The position numbers were made by a program, and so were the translations under genes. The notes beneath the pieces were generated by a model. It was not told where the DNA came from, searched no databases, and saw only the letters and a program-made list of their open reading frames with translations. A DNA stretch of 62,964 bases, counting the filler, from Collodictyon triciliatum (taxonomy: Eukaryota), in NCBI GenBank assembly GCA_043381765.1. It is 13 parts of 13 records of this genome, joined end to end, with 100 filler letters (N's around TTAATTAATTAA, not from the genome) between each part and the next. Parts side by side here need not be neighbours in the genome. Positions count along the whole stretch, not along the records: positions 27,757 to 32,443 come from JBHJMP010005845.1; positions 32,544 to 37,229 come from JBHJMP010005846.1; positions 37,330 to 42,013 come from JBHJMP010005847.1; 10 more parts are not named here. One strand, given 5' to 3'. Shown piece after piece: positions 28,099 to 40,490 of this stretch (the first letter of the stretch is position 1; the number at the start of each line of letters is the position of its first letter).

Positions 28099-29947
28099 AT
28101 GTTCTTTCGCTTCTGTGGTGGCGACGCACCTGACTGGTTGTTTCTTTTTCTTTTTCTTTGCTTTTTATTCTCCTCACTATTCAATTCGCTTTGTCATTCT
28201 TTATTCCTTACAGTATTCATAGTGTGTCATCTCATAATTTTTTAAAATTCATGTTATTCTAAGTATGAGTTTTATTATTAGTATTATTAGTAGTATTAGT
28301 ATTAGTATTATTATGTTTATGTTTATCATCATAAATATAATTAACATAATCAACATAATTCTGTCGAAGCTGGTGATATATTGTACAAACACATCATGTG
28401 TTGCATTGGTGTTTTTAATTAGCCCATATATTAATGATTTTCATTGATCTACAAAGGATTCTTGGAGACATATCCCTGCTGTCCAAAGTGGTAAGAACAA
28501 ATTCTGTATTCTTTTTGGCTGACGGTCTAATCATGAGTGCGTCTGTTTACCATCGTTTGCCTTTCTTGAGGTGTCCGGACTAATTTTCGTGTTATATTCT
28601 TAAATACTGATATAGTCATCGATCAAAATGAAGATGATTTGTGCGCAGATTGCCTCGAAGATTGCAAAGAATGAAATTGACGTATGCATTTAATTCAATC
28701 AAAAAATTTTTGATACACAATGTCATATTTGTTCAATAGAACTTCAAGTCCGAGCATGTGTAGTTTTCATTTAGTCTGTTGATTCATCCTTCATAAAAGC
28801 AAAAAACATTGTTTCGTTAAAAAGTGGTGTAATATTAGTATGCGAAGGTCACAAAGCTAACTGCTGATGCCAACTTCTGTATTACTTTCATATATCGACA
28901 AAAAAAAAAGCATTTCGCTATTCTTTTTACGTTTTGTTAATTTATGTGTGGGTTATATAAAAAAAATTAAAATATGGGCATGTGATTATCTGTGAAGCAC
29001 CTTCGGATGTAAAAGCTGCTGTTGCTGCGCTCCACTGGATATTTTCCAATGCCACGAAGCATGATGTTGAGGAGTCTGTTTTAGTTAGCGAGCTTCAACA
29101 GCTTGGGTTCCCAAAGGGTGATGCACTTATCGTGATAGATTGCACATATACATGATGAATGAAAATATCAAACTATCGTACCATTCCACTGAAACAGTTG
29201 TATGAATTGATAAATAGAACACTCTGAAGGTCTTGGTCGTGTGTATCGAGACCAAAAAGGAGAAATGCACGCACAACTAGAACGCGAAGTTCTCAATGGT
29301 ATTTCATTCACTAGAAATATTTTAATATTAGCCAACAGCACGCCCATGAAGTCAAATGATTTTTGTCCGTTAGTTGCAAAGCTGGAGTCCCTCGAATGGA
29401 GATTAAACTATNNNNNNNNNNNNNNNNNNNNNNNNNNNNNNNNNNNNNNNNNNNNNNNNNNNNNNNNNNNNNNNNNNNNNNNNNNNNNNNNNNNNNNNNN
29501 NNNNNNNNNNNNNNNNNNNNNNNNNNNNNNNNNNNNNNNNNNNNNNNNNNNNNNNNNNNNNNNNNNNNNNNNNNNNNNNNNNNNNNNNNNNNNNNNNNNN
29601 NNNNNNNNNNNNNNNNNNNNNNNNNNNNNNNNNNNNNNNNNNNNNNNNNNNNNNNNNNNNNNNNNNNNNNNNNNNNNNNNNNNNNNNNNNNNNNNNNNNN
29701 NNNNNNNNNNNNNNNNNNNNNNNNNNNNNNNNNNNNNNNNNNNNNNNNNNNNNNNNNNNNNNNNNNNNNNNNNNNNNNNNNNNNNNNNNNNNNNNNNNNN
29801 NNNNNNNNNNNNNNNNNNNNNNNNNNNNNNNNNNNNNNNNNNNNNCACCAAGGCATAGAACTCTGAAAGCAGAGTGATTAAAAAAACCCCTTTTTCAAAA
29901 TACATTCAGAACTTAAGGCCTTGCAGTCATCCATGGAGGGCCTTTAG
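28099..29947 (+). CDS. COMMD4: COMM domain-containing protein 4 (internal N gap)
   Basis: Spliced MFFRFCGGDAPDWILGDISLLSKVSSIKMKMICAQI...IDYAKVTKLTADANF...DVKAAVAALHWIFSNATKHDV...ELQQLGFPKEHS...LEWRLNY...ELKALQSSMEGL*, matching the COMMD4 pattern. Confidence 0.92.
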
Positions 29948-30557
29948 ATAACACCTGCTGTTTTACCTGACCCGCGAAACACAGAAAGCGTTGACGAACT
30001 GGGACAATATGAGACATGAGATTCTATTCACTCTGTCTTTCTCTAAATCCAATAGCGAAGAAATAAACTCCGATAACTGGAGCGCAACGATTCGCAAAGG
30101 ATAACTGTTGATGACAAATAATTATAATGATAATAATTGATTCTGTGTCAAAGCTCGTGCCACCCTTTCCCCACCAAGCATTCTGCCAGCACCCAGCAAG
30201 ACAGCAGATTGAAAGAGAAAAGGATGTTCGCCAATTCGGCCATAATATACATTTGGACAATATTTACTTTCGCCAAACCGAATCATGTCTTTGATCTGGC
30301 GAGCTGTTGTTGGTGTGGCTCTTTGGGGTTTGGCTGCTTCGGAAACCTTGGCAACTCCTTCTGATCGATGGGCCAAGCTTGAGGAATAAAAAGCTTCCGT
30401 TTCATGGGAATATTGTCGAGGAGCGCCTGTTGCAAACAATATGTTGAAGCTATGTAACGACCTGAAAAAGCTTTGTTTGTTTGTTTTTTTTTAATAAATT
30501 TTTTTATTATGATTCACGTCGGTAATCGCTTTGTCGCACCCGAATAGTGTCATAGAA

Positions 30558-31804
30558 ATGTCTTTCGATGACTACAACAGCGGGAGCGACTACGTGCGAA
30601 TGGGAAACGACAGACGCAATCCACCCAGCAGTGAGTTTTTTTTTTACTTTTTTTTCAAGTAGGGTTTTTTTTTCTTTTACTTTTTTTGTCACTTTCGAGT
30701 TTCCAGTACCTTTTCTGGTATATCTATGTCTTTTTTTTAAAAAAAAATTAAAAAGTATGCCTGGTCTTTTCAACTTGCGTATTGTTAACATATCATCGCA
30801 TAGTTACTACGCGGTTTTAGTTGAAGTAGCGACGATTTGTATCACTTTTTTTAGTCCATTTTTTTCTTTTGTGCAGAGTCGATGCCAGAACAAAGTGCAT
30901 CGACCCACTGACTTTTGGGTCTGAACAGGACCAAGCCCGCATTTTGGAGGCGCAGGAAACAGCCGAGACACATCCAGTCCCGAACAAATAAGTGCAAACA
31001 TCCAGCAAATTGCAAACAACAATGCCAGCATCTCACGACTCTCGTCCTTCATCGGATCCCCGAAAGATGATCAGGAGCTCCGGGATAAGATGTACAGTTG
31101 ATGTGATAGAATTGCTTTACCCTTTATTGATGTTGATAAGCTATTATATTGGTTTGTAACCCATGCTATATATGAACAGTGCTGTTCAGACAGAAAAGAC
31201 GAAAAAGATCATTATGGAGACAACAGATATGATAAAAAGACTCTCAAATACAAAAGGAACCGGATCGGAGGCTCAGGTACTCATCATTTTACTACTATAT
31301 ATTTCTGATGTGATGCAGATGGCTTTTCTTCTTCTTCTTTTTTCATGGCTCACTATGTTGCGCATCATGTAACTTCAATTGTCCCTAATATCTCGAAGGC
31401 CTGTGTTAAATCAGTTTTCCTTCTTTTTTTTCTTCCTGCGTCTGCAGCAACTTAAGATTCAGCAACAAAAACTAGCAAAAGATTTCCGTGTTGTCGCAGA
31501 AAGGTTCCAGGAGGTGACTAAGGAGTCTGCTCGAAAAGAACGAAGCAATAAAGTTCAATCACCAAAAGCCGAAGCCAACAGGTTTTGTATGCTTCTCTGA
31601 TTGGGCTAACTTATCTAATGTGTGGAGAACCACTTATTTTTGCCTATCTATATTTTGTTATGCCCGATACCGTGGATGTATGAATTAGCTCTGTTGTTTG
31701 TAGGTCTGCGCCATACCTCACCGAAGAACAGGAAGAGAGACAATCGCTGCTGAGACAACAAGCTGAAGAGTATGACTGGCCTATCTCTGCAATCCATTTA
31801 TATT

Positions 31805-31835
<31 letters not shown>

Positions 31836-31866
31836 GTTTTGTTTTGTTTTGTTTTGTTTTGTTTTG

Positions 31867-31898
<32 letters not shown>

Positions 31899-32287
31899 TG
31901 CATCATGCACCTGCGCATAAAATTGAAACAGAAAATAGATTGTAACAAAAAGAAATGATTCATATTTGGTGTCATTGAACATCGAGGTGTATCGCACATA
32001 TCTCATCTGCGCAATCACTCGAATAGACGCAAGCAGGCACTTGTTTTTGAGAATGACATAAGCCATAATGAAGCCATTATTCGCGAACGTGAAGAAGGAA
32101 TCCGCGAATTAGGTTTGCAGTCATCATGAGACTATGTAATTTGCTACACTCTCATATCTATTTCTTACCATAATCATCTGACCGATAACCAACGTTTCGC
32201 TGCACAATATAGAACGCGCTGTTCTTGAGGTGAATGAAATCTATAAAGACCTCGCAGTATTGGTACAAGAGCAAGGAGAAACTCTCG
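30558..32287 (+). CDS. Endosomal/vacuolar Qa-SNARE (syntaxin-7/12/Pep12-like), 3' truncated
   Basis: MSFDDY...ISANIQQIANN...IGSPKDDQELRDK...QQQKLAKDF...ERFQEV...NEAIIREREEGIRELERAVLEVNEIYKDLAVLVQEQGETL. Confidence 0.9.
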
Positions 32288-32543
32288 GTAGTGACTTTTT
32301 TTCTCTCTTTTTTGTCTTTCTTTTTCTTTTTCCTTTTCCTTTTCTTTCTCTCTTTTTTCTCTCTCTTTTTTCTCTCTCTTTTTTCTCTCTCTTTTTTCTC
32401 TCTCTTTTTTCTCTCTCTTTTTTCTCTCTCTTTTTTCTCTCTCNNNNNNNNNNNNNNNNNNNNNNNNNNNNNNNNNNNNNNNNNNNNTTAATTAATTAAN
32501 NNNNNNNNNNNNNNNNNNNNNNNNNNNNNNNNNNNNNNNNNNN

Positions 32544-32633
<90 letters not shown>

Positions 32634-32652
32634 GAAGAAGAATAAAACTCAC

Positions 32653-34301
32653 CTTAAAATAGCGCTCAAGTCTTCAGGCTCAGGTTCCAGAATGCCCGAG
32701 AGAGCTTTGCTCAAAATGGAGGCACTTTCATTCTCGTTGATGGGTTTATCACTGCGACGAGCGATGGACAGGTCTGAATGAACCTGTTTCGGCTATTCAA
32801 GGGATATTCATTTTAAAAAAAAATGTAATTTGCTGACAAGAGAAGGTGAAAGCTTTCGAAATGTTTTTTTTTAAAAAAATTATCAACTAAATGGTTCAAG
32901 TATTCGGTGGATTGGTTAAAATGGACAGGCTTGACTGTTAATCAAACGATACTAAGAAATGAATGAAGGAATTTGATTAATAGGTTCGTTGCACTTACTT
33001 TTGAATGCGCCGCTGATGCACGAACCACATGATAATGATGTTGATTTGTATAAAAAAATATGTCCATTGGTGAGATAATAAGTAACGATTTACAAATAAA
33101 TCAAGCGAGTGTAGGATTTTGAAGATGTGTTGACATATTCTATAATGTTCGTCTTTAGCGTAAAGTTACATGAAAACAAGTTCAGTAATGTCCCGCTCTC
33201 CTTTCTGACATCCTTGGCTTTCTTGGGAGACTCTTTATCATCAAACGGAAATTAGTTGCCTTGAATAAACCTCTAGGATAACACATTCCTTTTGATATTA
33301 TTGAAATCGAAGATGAAAAGAGAGAAAGAGAGAGAAAGAGAACACTGGGATGATTCGACGAACCGTGGACAGTGTTCCGAACGGGCTTTTGGGCGCTCTT
33401 TGAGACCGGCTTTGAAGCTACCGGTTTTTTCTTGCCCAGATTTGAAGGAAGAATGATCTCGAGGTTCTCTTCCTCGTTTTCATCTAGAACAAGACAGTAA
33501 ACTTCCATAAACATAATGAACGACTCAAAGAATAATGCTGCATTACATATCAGGTTGGTCTGAAAAAAAGATAGTGGCAGCAGAAAGAGAAGTGCTGCTT
33601 TTTTTTTTTTGCTTGGCTCTTGTATGAGATCAGATTCTTCCAGGACGACAGTGAGAAAAATAACCAAGCACGTTCCTTTACCTCCGTCCACGATAAATCC
33701 ATTCAAGTCATCCTCCTCTTCTTCATTCACTACGACGTCTTCCGCCTCTGGTGCAGCGTCCGTGTCTTCTTCCTCACGGTTCTGATAAATGAAGGAGTAT
33801 CAACCAAGTGAATAAAAAAAGGACAAAAAAAAAAGAACAAAAAAGAACAAAAAAGAACAAAAAAGAACAAAAAAGAACAAAAAAGAACAAAAAAGAACAA
33901 AAAAGAACAAAAAAGAACAAAAAAGAACAAAAAAAGCACAAAAAAAGCACAAAAAAAGAACATTAAAACAATCTGTCATGAAACAGAGAAAACTATAAAC
34001 CCATTATAAAATAAATATTTGACTAATTTTGGCCTAGAGATTCAAAAACATCCATGAACTGACACCTAATGCAACTTAAAGGTGCGGCAGTACTTTGTTT
34101 AGGTAAAATAAGAAAGAGAGGGACGAGGAGAGGAAAATAAATTCAGAAAAGAGCTAACACAAAAGAAACACACACACAAAAAAAAAGGCTTACGAATGAA
34201 GGGAGAGTGCGTTCCCCTGTTTCTCTGAAGCGCCGAAGCATTTCGACTTCCTGCAGCTTCTTTCTTTGCTTTTCGCTGATGTTTCGGCGGGTTCGTTCCA
34301 T
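32653..34301 (-). CDS. Probable DNA polymerase alpha catalytic subunit, N-terminal disordered region only (truncated)
   Basis: MERTRRNISEKQRKKLQEVEMLRRFRETGER...EEEDDLNGFIVDGDE...SGTLLNLF resembles the Pol alpha N-terminal pattern (basic start, acidic FIVD motif). No catalytic domain is visible. Confidence 0.45.
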
Positions 34302-34875
34302 GCGATTTTCTGTGGCCTTCTTGTTTATACTCTTTTTTTCCCTTTTGTTTGCGCTTCTTAGTAGAATAATGAATTGGTTCGTACTTCGGCAGATATGCTG
34401 GAGCGAGACTTTATCGCAATATTCCTATTGTCCTCCTACTGGATATCTACTATGAGGTTTATGATGAATATCACTCGGTTTTTCCTCGGGTTTTTTTTTT
34501 GTTTGCTGCCGTTCAATTTTCTGTTGAAGCAGTCATTTTCTTTTATTTTGAATTTTTGAACTTTTAAATTCAAATGGACTAATTACGCTATCACAAGCTA
34601 TGATATACGGTACTATATTTACGGCCATAAATGTTCCGTGTGGCGAATCGCACACCAAAGGCCGGAAGTAAGGCGCTTTTTCTTTGCTTTTTCTTTTTTT
34701 TATCTTTCCTGTTATTCTTGGATAGCCTGTTTTTTTAACAGCTCGTGGCAGAAAAATGGAAAGAAAGTAGAAGTATAAAGCAAAATGAGATTACTTTAAG
34801 GAAAAGAGTGGATGTTCATCGTGGGCCGAATAACTAAAGCATCTCATGGTAAAATCTACCGGAATCTCGGAGTAA

Positions 34876-37050
34876 TCAGGCCTTGTGGAAAGCAACTTCC
34901 AAATGCAAATATAGTGGCTTCACGCTTAGTAGACGCAGAGATTTCCTCTTCGGATCAGTTGGTTTTTGATATCTGAAGAGCAAGTTCAAAAAGCATAAAA
35001 AAAGAGGTGAGCACGGAGAAATTTGTATGTATTTTGGAGTCATCATTTCGGATGGTAAGCCATATTATGTATATTTGTTTTTTGTTTTGTTTCATATCTG
35101 CTATATTTGCTCAAGTGCTTCCTCTCTATTTGGATTGAGTGTTTTGATGACATTCGTTATCTTCGATTCTTCCTCTTTTTTTTTTTTTGCTGATACAAGA
35201 AACTCACATTTCAAGAACAATCGGTCCAGGTTTGACTTCATCCATCTCCATAAAGGCCCAGGCCTTTGTGCTGATTTTCTGCTTCTTGGGCTTAAAATGC
35301 TTGAACTCAAAGAAAATGGCGCTGGCTGTGAAAAAAATGAAGGTCAAAAACAAAAAACAAAAAACAAAAAACAAAAAACAAAAAACAAAAAACAAAAAAC
35401 AAAAAACAAAAAACAAAAAACAATAAAGTAATTAAATACAAATAACCACTGAACACCTTAGCAAACCAAATTTTATTTAATTTCGACCTTGTAACAAACA
35501 TAGTCGAATGCACCATCTGAACAAGGGACGATAAAAAAATTAAAACAAAAATTAGAAGATATACCTGATGGAATCATAGACAGTGCTGTTTGGATGTTGA
35601 CATTGACCCCGTAATTGACACAAAGCTCATTCTTTCGATTGGACACCGGCGTGTCTTGCGAAGTCTCAACAAGCGAGCTGTTGGAATCTGAAAAAAGCAG
35701 AATGTACATAATAATTTGATCAAGAAACTGCTTTTTTTTTTCAAAAAAAAAAAGTAATGTACTTGTAATTGCCCTTTCAATGTTGGTACCAAAAAAATCA
35801 ATCCAGACAAGAAAACGTCATCTCCAAAGAAAAAACAAACGCAGTTATATTNNNNNNNNNNNNNNNNNNNNNNNNNNNNNNNNNNNNNNNNNNNNNNNNN
35901 NNNNNNNNNNNNNNNNNNNNNNNNNNNNNNNNNNNNNNNNNNNNNNNNNNNNNNNNNNNNNNNNNNNNNNNNNNNNNNNNNNNNNNNNNNNNNNNNNNNN
36001 NNNNNNNNNNNNNNNNNNNNNNNNNNNNNNNNNNNNNNNNNNNNNNNNNNNNNNNNNNNNNNNNNNNNNNNNNNNNNNNNNNNNNNNNNNNNNNNNNNNN
36101 NNNNNNNNNNNNNNNNNNNNNNNNNNNNNNNNNNNNNNNNNNNNNNNNNNNNNNNNNNNNNNNNNNNNNNNNNNNNNNNNNNNNNNNNNNNNNNNNNNNN
36201 NNNNNNNNNNNNNNNNNNNNNNNNNNNNNNNNNNNNNNNNNNNNNNNNNNNNNNNNNNNNNNNNNNNNNNNNNNNNNNNNNNNNNNNNNNNNNNNNNNNN
36301 NNNNNNNNNNNNNNNNNNNNNNNNNNNNNNNNNNNNNNNNNNNNNNNNNNNNNNNNNNNNNNNNNNNNNNNNNNNNNNNNNNNNNNNNNNNNNNNNNNNN
36401 NNNNNTTTTACTTACGTGGCGGAATCTGCTTCATTTGTTCAATTGAAATACCCTTAAATCCAGGGTCTTGGATAGTCTTTGCCCGAATATTAAGTGCGAG
36501 AATAAGCTTCGACAAAACATCCTGGATAATAAGTAAGATGAATCGTGACATTTTATGTTCCTCTGTCATCTGTTTCTGCGTGTGTCTGGAAAGAATGAAT
36601 TATATGGAGAGAGAGAGAGAGAAAGAGAATTATAGAAACCCGCTCTTGTGGTGATAATGTTGTCTTTTCGACCCCTTTGCTTATTTGTGACGCGAGGCTA
36701 AATAAAAAAAAAAGGAACGAAATAAGACACAATAAATAAATAAAATTATCAAGAATAACCTTAACATGATGGTTGAACAGCATCACCTCTTGTAGCCATC
36801 CGCAGCTTCGACCGTTTGACCCCACGTGTCACTTTCAAGCGCTGTTCCATACATTTTCTCCCATCTGATTAAGTGAAACCATAAATAAATAAAAACAATA
36901 ATAAAAAAACAATAATAAAAAAACAATAATATAAAACAAAAAAAAAACACCAGATAAAAGAGTCAAACATAAGCTACGCCTGTGAAGTAAAAAAGAGATT
37001 CGCTTGATGAGAATAAACCTTGCTCGAAGCTTTTCTTTTTCTCCAGACAT
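34876..37050 (-). CDS. AIDA: Axin interactor, dorsalization-associated protein (AIDA; C2-domain), with internal N gap
   Basis: RWEKMYGTALESDTWGQTVEAADGY...QDTPVSNRK...AIFFEFKHFKPKKQKISTKAWAFMEMDEVKPGPIVLE...YQKPTDPKRKSLRLLSVKPLYLHL; closely follows the AIDA signature. Confidence 0.92.
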
Positions 37051-38174
37051 CTGCGCAATGTCCTCTTTACTATTCCTTCATAAGATATAGACGATGTAAG
37101 GCATTTATTGAAAAAGAGAAAGAGAAAGAGAAAAAAGAAACAGAAAAAGTGAAAAAGTGAAAAGAGAAAAGTGAAAAGAGAAAAAAGAGAAAAAAGAGAA
37201 AAAAAAGAGGAAAAAAGAGAAAAAAAGAANNNNNNNNNNNNNNNNNNNNNNNNNNNNNNNNNNNNNNNNNNNNTTAATTAATTAANNNNNNNNNNNNNNN
37301 NNNNNNNNNNNNNNNNNNNNNNNNNNNNNCCATTGCGGAAGGATAAGTTGTGCTGAGCGTGCAAGCATCGTCGCCTTCATGAAAGAAAAGAATCGCGACA
37401 AAAGGCGCTGGCTTGCAAGGAAAACAGACGCGGTAATTGCCACAGATCCACAACGCGTATTTTGGTGTGGCTTATCCTAATAAGGGATTAACTTTGTTGG
37501 GTTTTTTCCCAACCCCAATTGTGTGCTTTGGGAACACACGCGGCAACACTTTGGAGTATCACCAGACGCGACGATTAACCTGTTCTATTGGGCTGTGTGG
37601 CTGGGAACAACGCGGCATTGGCCGTGTCAATTCTTTCCATACTTGAAAACAATGTTCCCGTGCTTTGATTTCTATAGTCCATTTAGATTCAATACTAGCA
37701 CTTTTGGTGCAGGGAATCATTCCCACCACATTATTCCCAAGCACTGGACCAAGAAACAAAATATATGTCCCTGATAATAGGGCAAGCTAATGTGTTTGGT
37801 CTCTTTTCCTAGGTTGTATATAAGAGTTAGCATCCCGTGGAAAATTGAAGAGGGATTCTTAGCTCTTCGGGTGTTGCAGTAATTTGAACCCAAACACCCT
37901 CATCATGTTGAATTCTCATCATGTGATGTAAAGGCGTCGCGGTATCATGACACAAGTAGTTTTTCTTGCAATCAGATGGCGAGATGATCCTATTCGTTTA
38001 TGTTCAAAACTGGACCAACCCAATTTTTTCTATACTTTCTTGGTTGATATAATCGATATGACATACTACTTCGTAAGGTGCATGCCTCTTGAGCTATTGG
38101 TATTTACCTTTGCCTCTGCATGAAACTTGCACCCTAGTAGACCGTTTTTTCTAACACAAAACGACAATAGTTTG

Positions 38175-40490
38175 ATGAATCAATTGAAACCTGGTCATGG
38201 GAATAAATATGTAGAGGATTTATACCCTCAAGATACACGAACAAGTTCTTCGTCTTTCCTTTATCCTCACACATGGATAAAGGAAGGGGAGCACGAGAAG
38301 GACCAATACGGCCGTGCCTTTGTCCCTCCGACTCGTCAGGAACGTCATCTCAACGATGAAATTCCCGATTTGTTGGACATTAAAGGCCCTGTTCAAAAGC
38401 ATCACCAATATGACCGCCCTTACAGCAAGCTGCACCACGATGCTCGTCATACTAAATGTGAGCAAGCCAGTTTCATCAAATCCAACACCGCGTGTACTGG
38501 TGTTCAAATGCAAGAGTTTGAGAAGGCGGCTGTTGAATTAAACGACGGTAAAGTGGACCAACCGTCGCATGAAGAGGAAGAAGAGGAAGAAGAAACACTT
38601 CTTCAAGAAGCCTTGAATCTCCTATGGAACGAAAAGGTGTCCATCTTTTTCACAGTTATTGTCCTTATACTAATTCTGCTCCTTCGATATCAAACTTCCT
38701 GGGGTGACCTAGACGACGATGCCTGGTTCACTATATGGACTATCTTTGTCGCCATGGTTGTTCTCGTGAGAGGAATCACCGACCCAGATATCGCCCTCTT
38801 TGGATGCTGTACACTTCTTATGTACCGCGGAATCATCGAACCCTCTCAGGCCTTCAAAGGGCTGGGAAATGATACTGTCATTACGATTGCGCTGATGATT
38901 GTGGTTGCTGGAGGGATTGAAGAGTCTGGTGCTATCGAGTACATGGCCAAGTACTGCATGGGGCGCCCTTGGAACATTTACACATCGCAGTTTCGCTTCA
39001 TGATTGTAAATGGCTTCATTTCTGCCTGGACGAATAACACTCCACAAGTTGCTGTCTTTATTCCTGTGGTAGAAGCCTGGTGCCTAAGATATGGACTTCC
39101 GACATCAAAGTATATGATTCCCTTGAGCTATGCCACCATCCTAGGGGGCCTTATAACCATTATCGGTACGTCGTCCAATCTAGTCGTAAAAGCCCTTGCC
39201 CAATCATATTACCCAAACATGACTATGCCTTTCTTCGAAATTGGAGCGGTTGGTGCCCCACTGACAATTGCTGGGATTATATACGTCTCTATTGCCTCCC
39301 CGTTCCTGCTTCCTAATCGACAGGGAGTCCGGGCAACACTCAACGAGTTTACTCGCGAGTACACCGTTCATGTAATTGTTCGTAGTGGCAGTGACATGGT
39401 AGGCCATTCTATCGAAAAGAACAACTTGAAGCACCTGCCCGCATTATACCTGGTGGACATCGAGAGAAAAAGTGGTGAAATAATCCCTGCTCCCTCTGGT
39501 GATGTAATTATCGAGGCTGGAGACAAGATTTGCTTCGTCGGTGCTGTGGATGGAGCGCGATACCTATGGAAGAGCAACGACTTTGTTCCATCTTTTGATG
39601 GGACGATTGGAATCAGCGGCAATAGAGTCTTGGTTGAAGCCGTGGTAAATGTTCGCTCTCGGCTTGTGGGTAAAACGGTGCGGACTTCGCGATTTCGAAC
39701 CGAGTATGGCGCTGCCATTCTCTCTGTGCATCGAGGGGGAGAAAGATTGAAAGGAAGGGTTGGTGACATTACCTTAAAGCATGGGGATACTCTGCTACTG
39801 GAAGCCCCAACAACGTTTGCAGAAGAGTATCGCCACGACCCAACTTTCGCCCTTGTGGCCGAAGTTGTTCACAGCTACACTACTTCTGGGGCGAGATGGA
39901 AGATGCAGGCTTCCTTCGTGCTGTTACTTACCCTGGTAACTCTGAATGCTCAAAGTTCTGTCACCATTCCTCTATCCAACACTGCTCTCGCGTGTGTCTA
40001 TGCATATTTCATTCTAGGTATCTCGAATCCAACGAGCGCGAAGAAGACTGTGCCAGACTCGACCTTGCTCACTATCGCTGGAGGTGATGGCATAGCTACT
40101 GCAATGACGCAGACAGGGATTGCAAACAAACTGGCTGTCAACCTGGTGAATGGATTCGGGGGTCTTGGAGTTGTAGGGCCTCTCTACGGCATCTACATCG
40201 GCACTGTGATTCTGACAGCTCTTCTATCCAATAATGCCTCTGCGACATTGATGTTTGCTGTTGCGGCAGAAGCATCTTCGTTTACAGGTATACACGCAAA
40301 AGCTTTCATGTATATCCTCGCCCTCGCTGCCTCAGCAGACTTCTCCACTCCTATCGGGTACCAAACCAATCTGATGGTTGCTGGGCCTGGCGGCTACAAG
40401 TTCCTCGACTACACAAAGATTGGACTCCCTCTGCAAGTTGTTTGCTGCCTTGTGTCGGTCCCTCTTTCCTACCATTTCTTTGGGCAGTAG
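38175..40490 (+). CDS. SLC13/DASS-family transporter with TrkA-C domains (SLT/SAC1-like Na+/sulfate symporter), intronless
   Basis: Single ORF: SAWTNNTPQVAVFIP, PLSYATILGGLITIIGTSSNLVV, two TrkA-C-like segments (LVGKTVRTSRFRTEYGAAILSVHRGGE), LSNNA, ADFSTPIGYQTNLMVAGPGGYKFLDY. Confidence 0.93.
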   Translation: MNQLKPGHGNKYVEDLYPQDTRTSSSSFLYPHTWIKEGEHEKDQYGRAFVPPTRQERHLNDEIPDLLDIKGPVQKHHQYDRPYSKLHHDARHTKCEQASFIKSNTACTGVQMQEFEKAAVELNDGKVDQPSHEEEEEEEETLLQEALNLLWNEKVSIFFTVIVLILILLLRYQTSWGDLDDDAWFTIWTIFVAMVVLVRGITDPDIALFGCCTLLMYRGIIEPSQAFKGLGNDTVITIALMIVVAGGIEESGAIEYMAKYCMGRPWNIYTSQFRFMIVNGFISAWTNNTPQVAVFIPVVEAWCLRYGLPTSKYMIPLSYATILGGLITIIGTSSNLVVKALAQSYYPNMTMPFFEIGAVGAPLTIAGIIYVSIASPFLLPNRQGVRATLNEFTREYTVHVIVRSGSDMVGHSIEKNNLKHLPALYLVDIERKSGEIIPAPSGDVIIEAGDKICFVGAVDGARYLWKSNDFVPSFDGTIGISGNRVLVEAVVNVRSRLVGKTVRTSRFRTEYGAAILSVHRGGERLKGRVGDITLKHGDTLLLEAPTTFAEEYRHDPTFALVAEVVHSYTTSGARWKMQASFVLLLTLVTLNAQSSVTIPLSNTALACVYAYFILGISNPTSAKKTVPDSTLLTIAGGDGIATAMTQTGIANKLAVNLVNGFGGLGVVGPLYGIYIGTVILTALLSNNASATLMFAVAAEASSFTGIHAKAFMYILALAASADFSTPIGYQTNLMVAGPGGYKFLDYTKIGLPLQVVCCLVSVPLSYHFFGQ

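Noticed and set aside
30024-30460. Small minus-strand ORFs between COMMD4 and the syntaxin
   Set aside because: No consistent start or splice model and no recognisable homology.
37330-37350. tgcggaaggat resembling the 3' end of 18S rRNA
   Set aside because: Only a short match, and no 5.8S-like sequence follows.
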